64,000 nt of DNA, taken from assembly GCA_002780005.1 (NCBI GenBank), contig PEWV01000032.1, positions 8,123 to 72,122 on the forward strand. The letters are read 5' to 3'. The notes under the pieces were generated by a model. The model saw only the letters and a list, made by a program, of their open reading frames with translations. It was not told the origin of the DNA and did not search any database. This document shows, piece by piece, positions 39,942-50,085 of the stretch; position 1 is the first letter of the stretch, and every line of letters starts with the position of its first letter. The DNA comes from Candidatus Aquitaenariimonas noxiae (GTDB taxonomy: Bacteria > Omnitrophota > Gorgyraeia > Aquitaenariimonadales > Aquitaenariimonadaceae). A program made the position numbers and the translations under genes.

Positions 39942-41208
39942 ATGGCAGATGTAATTTTATTCCAACCAAAAACGTCTAAAGGATCGGCGAAAGAACTACT
40001 TTCCAGAGCCCCCGTAGGGTTATTATTTGTAGCAGCCCCCTTGGTTAAAAATAATTATAAGGTTAAAATCATAGATCAGGAAACAGATATCTATTGGCTT
40101 GATGAATTGAATAAGGAGCTAAATGATTCGACAATTTGTGTAGGAGTTTCTTCAAGGACCGGCAGGCAGATTTCAGAAGGATTAAAATTTTCCAAAATCG
40201 TCAAAGATAGATATAATATACCGATTGTTTGGGGGGGGCGTACACCCAAGCATGTTGCCAGAACAAACAATCATGAACAGTTTAATTGATATTGTAGTTA
40301 GAGGCGAAGGAGAAGAATCATTTTTAAAAATTGTCACAGCGTTAAAGTGTGGTAATAGCCTTAATGATATACCGAATATCTGGTGGAAAGATAATGATAA
40401 AGTTTATTCAACACCAACAGATGGACTTATCAATCTAGACAACCTGCCCCCATTACCCTACCAATTGTTGGACTTTGAAAAATATATTGAAATACCGCAA
40501 ACCAATCTTCCAAATTGTAAACGTATTATTGAGGTATATACAGAGAGGGGATGCTGCCATAGATGCGGGTTTTGCTATAATATTAATATGCATCAATGTA
40601 AATGGCGAGCGCTTGCAGCTTCTAAGGTCGTGGAGCAAATAGAATGCCTTGTTAAAAATTTTGTATTGGATGGGATTAATTTTAATGCTGATAATTTTTT
40701 TGTAGACAAAAAGAGAGTAGCTGATATTTGCGCAGGGATTATAAAAAGAAAAATTAAAATTTCTTGGCAAGCTGGCTGCAGAATAGATTATTTTGCCAGA
40801 TATGATAATTCATTTATCGATTTATTAATAAAAAGTGGTTGTCGTAAGTTAAATTTTGGACTTGAGAGCGGTTCGCAAAGAATATTAAATTTGATACAAA
40901 AAGACATGAATTTAGACGACGTTTTTAAGGTTAACGCAAAATTGAAGAAATGGCAAATAAGAGTTGATTATGATATTATGGCCGGTTTCCCGGAGGAAAC
41001 CAAAGAAGAGGTGTTGCAGACTTATAAGATTATGTTTAGGTTACATCATGAATATCCAAAGGCAACGTTTTTTGGACCGTATATATATACACCCTATCCC
41101 GGGACACCCTTATACGACAAGTGTCTGGAAATGGGATTTAATCCTCCGGAGAGACTTGAAGATTGGGAAATTTTGAATGGTGTGGGAAAACATATTTATC
41201 ATTCATAA
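39942..41208 (+). pseudogene. B12-binding radical SAM protein split into two ORFs (39942-40289 and 40225-41208) by a frameshift in a G8 homopolymer (40231-40238); a G7 tract restores a continuous protein (...NIPIVWGGVHPSMLPEQ...)
   Basis: The N-terminal ORF is a B12-binding domain and the downstream ORF carries the radical SAM motif (ERGCCHRCGFC). Removing one G fuses them at the conserved GGVHP motif. This is either phase variation or a homopolymer sequencing error. Confidence 0.7.
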
Positions 41209-41500
41209 ATCCTAGCTATTCAAAATGGTTAAAGAAAAGCGCTAGTATACTTAGATTATCTTTTATTCATGTTAAGGGCCTACAGTGGATGGGATGGTGG
41301 TTTAAAGTTAGGGCAAAAATAATTATTAAGTTTAATATAATTGGACCGATACCCGAGGAAAAAGTAATTCATTTTGCCAAAATTATAATTGCTTTTGTTA
41401 AAAAATTATTGAGGGTAAAATAATTAAAATTAATTCTAAGATTACGCCTGGCAAAAAAGAGAGATGGAAGGAATTATAAAGCCATGCTTAGAAGGAGACA

Positions 41501-42760
41501 TTGGTTTATAATAAAATTATCAAAGGTAACATCGGTAAAATCCTGCCATATTACATTTTACGCCAAAAAACGATAGAAAAAATGAATAAAAAGGTTTGTA
41601 TCATTTACCTCTCTTATTTAAAGTGGGATATTCGTATTAGAAAACAGATTGTAACCTTAAAAAAGGAAGGTTATGACATTGCCAAGGTTGGAATTATAGA
41701 TTCAGTTTCAGTTATTGAGGGAGTTGACAGTTTGCCGTTATCTTTCAGTTGGTCACGTATGCTTTCTTTGCTGGAAATGGTTTGTAAAGGTTTACAACTT
41801 GTGGTAGGAAGGATTTTTGAATGCGTATATGAAAGAATCTATCGGAATAAATATTTTGAGCAAATATTTCAAGTCTTAAGTGATAAAAAATTTGACCTAT
41901 ATATAGCAAACGATTTGAACTCCTTGCCCCCAGCGATCGAACTTAAAAAGAAGAATGGCGGAAAGGTGTTATTCGATGCCCACGAATACAGCCCTCTACA
42001 GTTTGCGAATAGGTGGTATTGGAATTTTTTAATATTTCCTTATAGGGATTATTTATGCAAAAAGTATCTTCCTCAAGCTGACTATATGATAACTGTGTGT
42101 GATTCATTGGCTGATAAATACCATAAGGAATACGGAGTCAAATCAGAAGTTATAAGAAATATTCCTTTTTATTGCCGTGTTGATTTTAAGAAGACAAATC
42201 CGTCTGGAATAAGAATGGTTCATCATGGGGTAACCTCAAGTGCTCGGAGGCTTGAGAATATGATATACCTGATGAGGTTTTTAGATTCTAAATTCACGCT
42301 TGATTTTATGTTGTTAAATGTTGATAAAAGCTATATTAAAAAATTAAAAGGATTAGCAAAAAATGTCGCGCCTGATAGAATAAGATTTAAAGACACCGTA
42401 CCGCCCCATGATATAATAAAAACATTGAAAAACTATGATATAGGTATATATCTCTTGGGGGCTTATAACTTTAATCTTAAATACGCGCTACCCAATAAGT
42501 TTTTTGAGTTTATGATGGCAGGCCTATGCGTTGTTGCAGGTACTTCACCCGAAATGGGGAAGATTATTAACCAGTATAACTTTGGTATATTTGTTGATAA
42601 AATTGACTATAGAGAAACGGCAAAAGTGATTAATCAATTAAGTAAAGAAGAGATAGACCAGATGAAAATGAATTCGCTTTCTGCTGCTAAAGAATTGAAT
42701 GGAGAGTTAGAAATGAAGAAATTTAGTGAAATTGTCACTAATTTGTTAGAAAAAAAGTAA
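41501..42760 (+). CDS. Putative glycosyltransferase (GT-B-like, family 4-related); the start is likely the internal ATG at 41582 (MNKKVCIIY)
   Basis: An N-terminal region typical of GT-B N-domains (KVCIIYLSY...), a C-terminal nucleotide-sugar-binding-like region (FEFMMAGLCVVAGTSPEMGKII), and a glycan-island context. Confidence 0.5.
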   Translation: MVYNKIIKGNIGKILPYYILRQKTIEKMNKKVCIIYLSYLKWDIRIRKQIVTLKKEGYDIAKVGIIDSVSVIEGVDSLPLSFSWSRMLSLLEMVCKGLQLVVGRIFECVYERIYRNKYFEQIFQVLSDKKFDLYIANDLNSLPPAIELKKKNGGKVLFDAHEYSPLQFANRWYWNFLIFPYRDYLCKKYLPQADYMITVCDSLADKYHKEYGVKSEVIRNIPFYCRVDFKKTNPSGIRMVHHGVTSSARRLENMIYLMRFLDSKFTLDFMLLNVDKSYIKKLKGLAKNVAPDRIRFKDTVPPHDIIKTLKNYDIGIYLLGAYNFNLKYALPNKFFEFMMAGLCVVAGTSPEMGKIINQYNFGIFVDKIDYRETAKVINQLSKEEIDQMKMNSLSAAKELNGELEMKKFSEIVTNLLEKK

Positions 42761-42792
42761 AAACATTAAATGAGAGTGCTAGTTTCACTCTA

Positions 42793-43680
42793 ATGAGAAT
42801 ATCAATATTAATTATAACTCATAACAGGGGCGATGATTTAAAGATATGTTTAGATTCGTTAGTAAAACAGTCAAGAAAGGCAGATGAAGTAGTCATAATA
42901 GATAATGGCTCGACAGGCGGAACAAAATCCGTTATTGATTTTTTTAAGGATAAACTGCCTATAAAATATTTTTATGAATCCACTAGCTCTATACCTAAAT
43001 CGAGAAATATGTCTTTAAGAGAAGCTAGCGGTGATATATTAGCTATCCTTGATGATGATTGCATAGTAGAGAATGATTGGACGGAAAATATTGAGTTCTA
43101 TCATAGAAAGTATCAAGCTGTCGCCATAATCCAGGGAAGGGTAATCCCTCTAGAGGCTTCTAGTTTGGTAGGGAAGACGTATATAGCGGCTGCAGAAGCC
43201 TATATAGAAAGGAATTTTTTTGCTGGGAAAAGCCAGGATTCAGAGGTTGAGTTGCCAAGAATAATCAATGGTTTCATTTCTCTAAAAAAAGAGGAGGTGA
43301 ACAGATTAGGCATTTATTTTAAAGAGGAATTTCCATTTTTTTCCGATAAAGAATTCGGCATAAGATTGCAAAAGATAGGCACTAAAGTTCTCTATGCGCC
43401 TAGCATACTAATATACCATAAGTATAAATTTAAGTCGTTTTTTGCTCTTTTTGTACGATATTTCCGTATGGGCAGGATAGATTCAAAGCTAAAAAAAATA
43501 TATGGAAGTTTTGAAATTAACCCAGGCTTGAGTCAATTATATCAGACGGCAGCGGTTATCATGGCTGATAAACGCGTTCGTTATATGGCAAAAATAATAA
43601 TGGTGTCAGCATATGTTTTAAGGTCGATCTCCTATGCTATTGGGTATTGTTACCAAAATTTAAGACACTGGTTCAAATAA
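42793..43680 (+). CDS. Family 2 glycosyltransferase
   Basis: GT-A motifs (ISILIITHNRGDDLKICLDSL...VVIIDNGSTGGT...ILDDDC). Confidence 0.75.
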   Translation: MRISILIITHNRGDDLKICLDSLVKQSRKADEVVIIDNGSTGGTKSVIDFFKDKLPIKYFYESTSSIPKSRNMSLREASGDILAILDDDCIVENDWTENIEFYHRKYQAVAIIQGRVIPLEASSLVGKTYIAAAEAYIERNFFAGKSQDSEVELPRIINGFISLKKEEVNRLGIYFKEEFPFFSDKEFGIRLQKIGTKVLYAPSILIYHKYKFKSFFALFVRYFRMGRIDSKLKKIYGSFEINPGLSQLYQTAAVIMADKRVRYMAKIIMVSAYVLRSISYAIGYCYQNLRHWFK

Positions 43681-43799
43681 TATTAGACTACAATGTGCTG
43701 GATGTTAGAAATTTAGCAGGTGAATTACAGCTGGCAGTAGTTTTGATATTAAAACAAAACCATCTGAGATTGTCGGTATCACTTTTTAGATTTTTATCT

Positions 43800-43828
43800 T
43801 GCAATAAAAACAAAATAACGTTATAATT
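43800..43828 (+). promoter_or_regulatory. Sigma70-type promoter (TTGCAA-17 bp-TATAAT) upstream of serC
   Basis: TTGCAA at 43800-43805 and a perfect TATAAT at 43823-43828, about 45 nt upstream of the ATG. Confidence 0.5.
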
Positions 43829-43874
43829 ATAAACTGCTTTAAGCAATACATAAAAAGAAAGGAATAAGTTTAAG

Positions 43875-45011
43875 ATGAGAAAAAAATATTTAATGACACC
43901 AGGACCTACACCTATCCCCCCGGAGGTTTTACTGGAAATGGCAAAACCTATTTTGCATCATAGGACTCCTCAATATCAGGCCATATTTAAAGAGGTGAAC
44001 GAGGGGTTAAAGTATGTTTTTCAGACATCAAATGATATTGTGACTCTGGCTTCAAGCGGTACGGGTGCGATGGAGGCGAGCATTGTTAATCTATTATCAA
44101 AAGGCGATAAGGCGATTGTCATACGGGGAGGAAAATTCGGAGAAAGATTCGCAGAAATATGCTCCGCGTATGGAGTCGAAGTCATCCCTATCGACATACC
44201 TGAAGGAAATGCCCCGCAGGCGCCTATAGTTCGCGACACGCTGGCAAAGAATCCGAAGGCAAAAGCGTTATATGTGAATTTGTGCGAAACGTCTTCAGGC
44301 TCGGTATATGACATAAAATCCATCGCCGAGATTACCAAAAAAACTTCTACGGTATTAGTGGTTGACGCGATAAGCGGATTGGGCGCAGACGATATTCAAA
44401 CCGACAATTGGGGAGTCGATATCGTTGTATCCGGCTCTCAAAAAGGCTTGATGATGCCTCCCGGTTTGGCATTTTTAGCGATTAGCCAAAAAGCATGGAA
44501 GGCTATGGAATCCTCAACGCTCCCGAAATACTATTTTGATCTAAAGAAAGCGAAAAAGGCGCTGGATAAGACAGATACCCCGTTCACCCCTGCAGTTTCG
44601 CTTGTTATAGGCCTTAGGGAAGCGCTTCGCATGATCAAGGAAGAGACAGCCGAGAAAATGTTTGCAAGGCACAAAAAGTTGGCAGATGCCACAAGAGAAT
44701 CCGTCAAGGCATTGGGTTTGGAGCTTTTTTCTAAATCCCCGTCAAACGCAGTTACTGCGGTAAAAGTCCCTGCCGGCATAGACGGCGAAAAACTCGTTAA
44801 GAATTTAAGGGACGTTCACGGTGTGACCATAGCTGGAGGGCAAGATGAGCTTAAAGGAAAAATTTTCCGCGTAGCCCACCTGGGATTTATGGAAAAATTT
44901 GATGTTATTACGGCAATATCGGCCATAGAGATAGGATTGAAAGAATTAGGCTACAAATTTGAATTGGGAAGTGGAGTGAAGGTTGCCGAAAAAATGCTGG
45001 CGGAGGGATAA
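43875..45011 (+). CDS. serC: Class V aminotransferase, phosphoserine aminotransferase (archaeal/SerC-type) or serine-glyoxylate aminotransferase
   Basis: Class V aminotransferase fold with PLP-lysine context (VVSGSQKGLMMPPGLAF) and serA immediately downstream. Confidence 0.7.
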   Translation: MRKKYLMTPGPTPIPPEVLLEMAKPILHHRTPQYQAIFKEVNEGLKYVFQTSNDIVTLASSGTGAMEASIVNLLSKGDKAIVIRGGKFGERFAEICSAYGVEVIPIDIPEGNAPQAPIVRDTLAKNPKAKALYVNLCETSSGSVYDIKSIAEITKKTSTVLVVDAISGLGADDIQTDNWGVDIVVSGSQKGLMMPPGLAFLAISQKAWKAMESSTLPKYYFDLKKAKKALDKTDTPFTPAVSLVIGLREALRMIKEETAEKMFARHKKLADATRESVKALGLELFSKSPSNAVTAVKVPAGIDGEKLVKNLRDVHGVTIAGGQDELKGKIFRVAHLGFMEKFDVITAISAIEIGLKELGYKFELGSGVKVAEKMLAEG

Positions 45012-45012
45012 C

Positions 45013-46602
45013 ATGGCTATAAAGATATTGGTGTGCGATCCGTTGCACGATGAAGGTTTAAAGGTATTAACCGGAGAAAAAGAGTTTAAGGTAGATGTGA
45101 AGCCCAAGCTCTCGCCCGCCGAATTGGAATCGGTCATAAAAGGGTATGAAGCGGTTATTGTGCGCAGCGCGACAAAGATTACCAAAGGAGTTATAGAAGC
45201 GAGTGACAAATTGAGGCTTATAGGAAGGGCAGGCGTAGGTCTTGATAACGTTGATGTGGAATCCGCGACCAAAAAAGGCATAATCGTATTAAATGCCCCT
45301 GCCGGGAATACGATATCTACGGCAGAACACACTTTCAGCATGATCATGGCCCTTTCCCGAAACATAGCCCAGGCTAACGCTTCCATGAAGAGGGGTGAAT
45401 GGGAGAAGAAAAAATTTATGGGAATAGAGCTTTACGGGAAGGTGCTTGGGGTCGCCGGATTGGGAAGGATAGGGACAGAAGTTGCCAAACGCGCATTGAG
45501 CTTTGAGATGAAGGTGATCGCCTATGACCCATTCCTTTCGGCAGAGCAGGCTAAAAAAATAGGCGTAGAGCTGGTAAGCCTGGATGAAGTTATAAAAAGA
45601 TCGGATTATATAACGGTGCACACGCCCTTAACCGACGAGACGCGGCATATGCTGGGCGAGGCCGAATTCAAAAAAATGAAAAAGGGGGTGCGGATCATCA
45701 ACTGCGCGAGAGGCGGCATTATCGATGAAGGCGTCCTTGTAAAGGCCATTGAATCCGGGCATGTTGCCGGCGCGGCCTTTGACGTATTCGAAAAAGAACC
45801 GTTAGATACGGCAAGCCCATTATTAAAATTTGATAATGTGGTATTAACGCCTCATCTCGGGGCTTCTACCGAGGAGGCCCAGCTGAACGTTTCGCTTGAT
45901 ATCGCAAATACCGTTAAGGATGTCTTGCTGGGTAGAGGCATAAGAAATGCCGTAAATATCCCGTGCGTTGACCCGGAACTCTTAAAGAACATAGAACCAT
46001 ATCTTAAATTGGCTGAAAAAATAGGTTCTCTGCAGACTCAACTGGCAGAGGGTCATATAAAGAAGGTGCAAATAAAATATGTCGGAGAGATCATAAATTA
46101 TGATTTAAAGCCGGTTACTATAGCTTTGGTCAAAGGTATACTTGAGCCTATATTGCAGGAGACCGTGAATTACGTGAATGCCTTGGTCATAGCCCGGGAA
46201 AGAGGCATAGAAATAATTGAGTCAAAGGCAAGTGCGATAGAGGATTTCGCCAATCTTATTTACGTTAAGGTGGAAACGGAAAAGATGAAGAACTCCGTAA
46301 TGGGGACACTGTTTACAAAAGTTGACCCGAGGATTGTAAAGATAAACGATTATTATGTGGATGCTGTGCCGGAAGGGCATATGCTTTTTATACGAAACAA
46401 AGATCTCCCCGGGGTAGTCGGCGAGATAGGCACTATTCTTGGCGATGGTAAAATAAACATTGCCGGAATGACTTTCGGAAGGCAGAAAAAAGGCGGAGAC
46501 GCGCTCTCTATTTTGAACGTTGACATGCCAATACCGCAGAATGTCCTTGAAAAAATAAAGAAGGCAAAAAATATTTTTGAAGCAAAGACCATAAAACTAT
46601 AA
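45013..46602 (+). CDS. serA: D-3-phosphoglycerate dehydrogenase with C-terminal ACT domain
   Basis: NAD-binding GxGxxG (GVAGLGRIGTEVA), catalytic His/Arg region, and a C-terminal ASB/ACT domain. The start is the ATG at 45013 (MAIKILV). Confidence 0.9.
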   Translation: MAIKILVCDPLHDEGLKVLTGEKEFKVDVKPKLSPAELESVIKGYEAVIVRSATKITKGVIEASDKLRLIGRAGVGLDNVDVESATKKGIIVLNAPAGNTISTAEHTFSMIMALSRNIAQANASMKRGEWEKKKFMGIELYGKVLGVAGLGRIGTEVAKRALSFEMKVIAYDPFLSAEQAKKIGVELVSLDEVIKRSDYITVHTPLTDETRHMLGEAEFKKMKKGVRIINCARGGIIDEGVLVKAIESGHVAGAAFDVFEKEPLDTASPLLKFDNVVLTPHLGASTEEAQLNVSLDIANTVKDVLLGRGIRNAVNIPCVDPELLKNIEPYLKLAEKIGSLQTQLAEGHIKKVQIKYVGEIINYDLKPVTIALVKGILEPILQETVNYVNALVIARERGIEIIESKASAIEDFANLIYVKVETEKMKNSVMGTLFTKVDPRIVKINDYYVDAVPEGHMLFIRNKDLPGVVGEIGTILGDGKINIAGMTFGRQKKGGDALSILNVDMPIPQNVLEKIKKAKNIFEAKTIKL

Positions 46603-46629
46603 TAAGCCGGATAAAGAGAGGAATAGTAG

Positions 46630-47895
46630 ATGAACAAGGTGAAAGCAAAGACTAACAAGATATACATAATTGACGTAACAAACAGGGACGGTGTTCAAAC
46701 GTCGAGATTGGGTCTGGCAAAGCTCCAGAAGACGATGATAAACATGTATCTCAATGATATGGGTATTTATCAGAGCGAATTCGGTTTTCCGGTTACGCAT
46801 CACGAGACTAATTACCTGAACGCAAATATAGAACTTGCGAAACTCGGTGTGCTAAAACCGATAATATTATCGGGTTGGATTAGGGCTATAAAAGACGATG
46901 TGATAAAGGCAACAACTTTCACTAATGTCGAGAATTTAAATATCTCCATATCCACATCGGACCAGATGATACAGGGTAAATTTCAGGGCAAATACACAAG
47001 AGAAGACGTAATAAAGGAAATGACGGAAGCCGTAGACACCGCAAAAAAGAAAGGCATAAAGCGCCTGGGAGTTAACGCTGAAGATGCATCAAGGACGGAT
47101 ATGAATTATCTGATAGAGTTTGCGTGCGCGGCCAGGGATCACGGCGCTTTTTCGATCCGATATTGCGATACGCTCGGTTATGACGACCCGCAGACGATTT
47201 ATGATAGAATATATAAGTTAGCCAGAGCCGTTAAGCTCCCCATAGAGGTACACTGCCACAATGATTTAGGCATGGTCGTGGCCAATTCGGTTCTGGGCGC
47301 TAAGGCAGCTATCGATGCGGGAGTTGACGCTTACGTGAATACCACCGTTAACGGGATGGGAGAACGTGCAGGAAACGCTGACCTGGTGAGCGTGATATTG
47401 GCAATAAGGTATGCAAGCGGCCTATCAGGCAAATACATTTTAGATGAAAAGATAAAGTTGTCGAACGCCTGGAGGATAGCTAAATATGCCTCTTATGCGT
47501 TTCGTATTCCGATACCTATAAATCAGCCAGGTGTCGGGGCAAACGCGTTCGCGCACGAATCCGGTATACACGCGGACGGCGCGTTAAAGGACAGACGCAA
47601 TTACGAATTGTACGATTTTGAGGAGCTTGGCAGGGGAGAACCCGAAATAATAGAGACAGGTAGAAAAATAACAGCCGGCGAATATAGCGGTATAAAAGGG
47701 TTTCGTAACGTTTATGATACGCTTGAGATTAAATTCAAGGATGATAAAGAGGCCACAACGATTTTGGAGCTTGTAAGATACGCAAACGTCCATACGCAGC
47801 AACCTTTGACCGATGACGAGCTTAAATTTATCGCGAAATATCCCGATATTGCGCAACAGATTTTTACAATGTCTCCTCTTAAAAATATAAAATAA
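46630..47895 (+). CDS. HMGL-like DRE-TIM metallolyase (2-isopropylmalate / citramalate / homocitrate synthase family) lacking the LeuA regulatory domain
   Basis: TIM-barrel HMGL-like domain with a divergent N-terminal motif (IDVTNRDGVQ versus the canonical D-T-T-LRDGEQ) and metal-binding HxH (VHCHND). Confidence 0.6.
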   Translation: MNKVKAKTNKIYIIDVTNRDGVQTSRLGLAKLQKTMINMYLNDMGIYQSEFGFPVTHHETNYLNANIELAKLGVLKPIILSGWIRAIKDDVIKATTFTNVENLNISISTSDQMIQGKFQGKYTREDVIKEMTEAVDTAKKKGIKRLGVNAEDASRTDMNYLIEFACAARDHGAFSIRYCDTLGYDDPQTIYDRIYKLARAVKLPIEVHCHNDLGMVVANSVLGAKAAIDAGVDAYVNTTVNGMGERAGNADLVSVILAIRYASGLSGKYILDEKIKLSNAWRIAKYASYAFRIPIPINQPGVGANAFAHESGIHADGALKDRRNYELYDFEELGRGEPEIIETGRKITAGEYSGIKGFRNVYDTLEIKFKDDKEATTILELVRYANVHTQQPLTDDELKFIAKYPDIAQQIFTMSPLKNIK

Positions 47896-47919
47896 TTTAT
47901 CGAAAAACGGAGGTGGGTC

Positions 47920-48705
47920 GTGAAGAAGATCGCAATAGCATTTTGCATAGCTTGCCTTGTATTATTTCTGGTAGGTACATTTTCTTATGCCCAGGAAGAT
48001 TCAGAGGCGAACCAAGGTTTCATGAGGAAGGCGTGGAAAAAGGTTTCCTCCGGTAAAAAAACAGATTCAAAGACGACAAGCAAAGAACCGGCAAAGGTCG
48101 AGACTAAAAAAGTAGAAATTAAAAAAGAACAAAAAGCTAAGGTTACAACAAAGCAGGAAATTACGGTAAAAGAGGCTGTGGTAAAGGAAGAAGTTAAGAA
48201 AGAAGAGACCAAGGCTGCATCCAAGGAAACGCCAAAAGAAGTATTAAAACAAGAAAAGGCCGAGCCTAAACGCACGAGAGAAGAAATGCTGACTGACATA
48301 AATAAAAGTCTTTCTATGTATGGAAAAGAAATTTCGGCAAGGGTCCCAACTATAGTGAAAACAACAGATAAAAAAGGCAAAGAGATTTATAAGACTAAAA
48401 AGGCTTCGGGAGAACAGGTTAGTTTCGAAAGTTTAAACGATGCCGACCTTTCTAAAGTATATCACAAAATAATTAACGAAGAGCGTCTAATCAGGGCGGA
48501 AGATTTAAATAGGCAACTTCAACAGATCAGACAAGTACAAGTCCAGAATCAGCCGGTTATGCCGAATGCCCCTGCGACCGTTACGCTTCCGCCAGTCCTA
48601 CCCCCTTTGCCTCAGATGCCTCCGCCGACTCCGCCGGCCAAAGCGTACATGTCTCCTAAGGCTGTAAGACCTCCGCCGTCGCTACCGCCGACGCAAAGAA
48701 GGTAA
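47920..48705 (+). CDS. Secreted low-complexity Lys/Glu-rich protein with Pro-rich C-terminus
   Basis: Signal peptide (AQE cleavage), a long KE-rich predicted helical region, and a C-terminal PPLPQMPPPTPP segment. A GTG start follows GGAGGTGG. Confidence 0.5.
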   Translation: MKKIAIAFCIACLVLFLVGTFSYAQEDSEANQGFMRKAWKKVSSGKKTDSKTTSKEPAKVETKKVEIKKEQKAKVTTKQEITVKEAVVKEEVKKEETKAASKETPKEVLKQEKAEPKRTREEMLTDINKSLSMYGKEISARVPTIVKTTDKKGKEIYKTKKASGEQVSFESLNDADLSKVYHKIINEERLIRAEDLNRQLQQIRQVQVQNQPVMPNAPATVTLPPVLPPLPQMPPPTPPAKAYMSPKAVRPPPSLPPTQRR

Positions 48706-48720
48706 AACTAAAGGACTAAA

Positions 48721-50010
48721 ATGCCAAACATAGTTGTCGTAGGTGCACAATGGGGAGATGAAGGTAAAGGCAAGATAATAGATATCTTGGCTTCGGACGC
48801 CAATTACATTGTAAGGTACCAAGGCGGCAGTAATGCCGGCCATACAGTGGTATTGAAAGGCAAAGAGTTCATTCTCCATCTTATACCTTCCGGAATATTA
48901 CACCGAGGTAAAGTCTGCATAATAGGTAATGGCGTTGCCTTTGATCCGATGGCTTTTCTCGAGGAAGTGGAAACGTTGAAATCCAAGGGGATAGATGTCA
49001 CAAAGCGCAACCTTGTGCTTAGCGAAAAGGCCCATGTAATTTTTCCGTATCACAAGAAACTCGATAGTCTCAGGGAGGCAAAAAAAGGCACGACTACTAT
49101 AGGTACAACAAAAAGGGGCATAGGGCCGTGTTATGCCGATAAAGTTTCTAGATGCGGCATAAGGGTTCTGGATCTAATGGATTCTAAAAATTTAAGAGAG
49201 AAATTAAAATTTAATATCAAAGAAAAGAACACATTATTTAAATATCTTTACAACTCAGACGGAGTTTCCTTCGACGAGATATATGCTCAGTATAGGGATT
49301 ACGCGAACCAGATAAGGCCTTTTGTCGGGAATACGACCATAATTTTAAACGAGGCCATAAAAAAGAATAAAAGGATATTATTTGAAGGAGCGCAAGGCAC
49401 CCTTCTGGACATAGACCACGGGACATATCCTTTCGTTACATCCAGCAGCGCAACATCGGGAGGCGCGTGTATCGGTACAGGCATAGGCCCGACGCATATA
49501 GATAAGGTAATAGGCGTAGTTAAGGCATACACTACGCGGGTAGGCGAGGGGCCGTTTCCTACAGAATTTCCGTCCGATTTAATAAATAAAATCAGGAACC
49601 GCGGGAAAGAGTTTGGAGCCACTACCGGGAGGCCGCGGCGTTGCGGCTGGTTTGACAGCATAGTTGTGAAGCATTCAGTCCTCGTGAACGCAATAGACGA
49701 AATAGCCGTGACAAAACTCGACGTTTTAGACCAAATGCCCAAGATAAATATATGCGTCGGATATAAATATAGAAATAAAGTATATAAATTTTTCCCGCCG
49801 GATATAAATGTATTAAATGAGTGCAGACCCATCTACCAAGCTCATCCCGGATGGCTCAAAGATACCAACCAGATCAAAAAGTTTGAAGATTTGCCGTATA
49901 ACGCCAAAAGATACCTGAATACGTTAAAAAAATTATTAGGGGTGAAGATAACTATTATTTCTGTCGGGTCTGAACGGGGCCAGATTATTAGATGGGGTGC
50001 GAAAAAGTAG
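48721..50010 (+). CDS. purA: Adenylosuccinate synthetase
   Basis: P-loop (GAQWGDEGKGK) and GHTVV motif. Confidence 0.95.
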   Translation: MPNIVVVGAQWGDEGKGKIIDILASDANYIVRYQGGSNAGHTVVLKGKEFILHLIPSGILHRGKVCIIGNGVAFDPMAFLEEVETLKSKGIDVTKRNLVLSEKAHVIFPYHKKLDSLREAKKGTTTIGTTKRGIGPCYADKVSRCGIRVLDLMDSKNLREKLKFNIKEKNTLFKYLYNSDGVSFDEIYAQYRDYANQIRPFVGNTTIILNEAIKKNKRILFEGAQGTLLDIDHGTYPFVTSSSATSGGACIGTGIGPTHIDKVIGVVKAYTTRVGEGPFPTEFPSDLINKIRNRGKEFGATTGRPRRCGWFDSIVVKHSVLVNAIDEIAVTKLDVLDQMPKINICVGYKYRNKVYKFFPPDINVLNECRPIYQAHPGWLKDTNQIKKFEDLPYNAKRYLNTLKKLLGVKITIISVGSERGQIIRWGAKK

Positions 50011-50017
50011 GTATTCC

Positions 50018-50046
50018 GCAATTATTCTTGACTAAGTTGGGTTGGG
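50018..50046 (+). promoter_or_regulatory. Sigma70-type promoter (TTGACT-17 bp-TATAGT) upstream of the OmpA-like gene
   Basis: Seen directly at 50018-50023 and 50041-50046. Confidence 0.45.
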
Positions 50047-50085
50047 GTGTTATAGTAGTAGCTCTAAAAGGGAGGTTATTCATCA

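Noticed and set aside
39865-39954. 29-aa Cys-containing small ORF (MENITLKPCLFCDILIAKKGYPSLTRWQM) between the SPASM rSAM gene and the B12-rSAM gene, considered as a possible RiPP precursor
   Set aside because: It coincides exactly with a near-consensus TTGAAA-17-TATATT promoter for the downstream gene and overlaps that gene's start. It has no SD and no leader-peptide or core-like repeat pattern. It is more parsimoniously non-coding.
41163-41423. 86-aa ORF overlapping the 3' end of the frameshifted B12-rSAM gene
   Set aside because: It has no recognisable domain. It is probably either a spurious frame or the out-of-frame tail of the decaying rSAM gene, which I mention under the G8 finding. 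It is not annotated as a separate gene.
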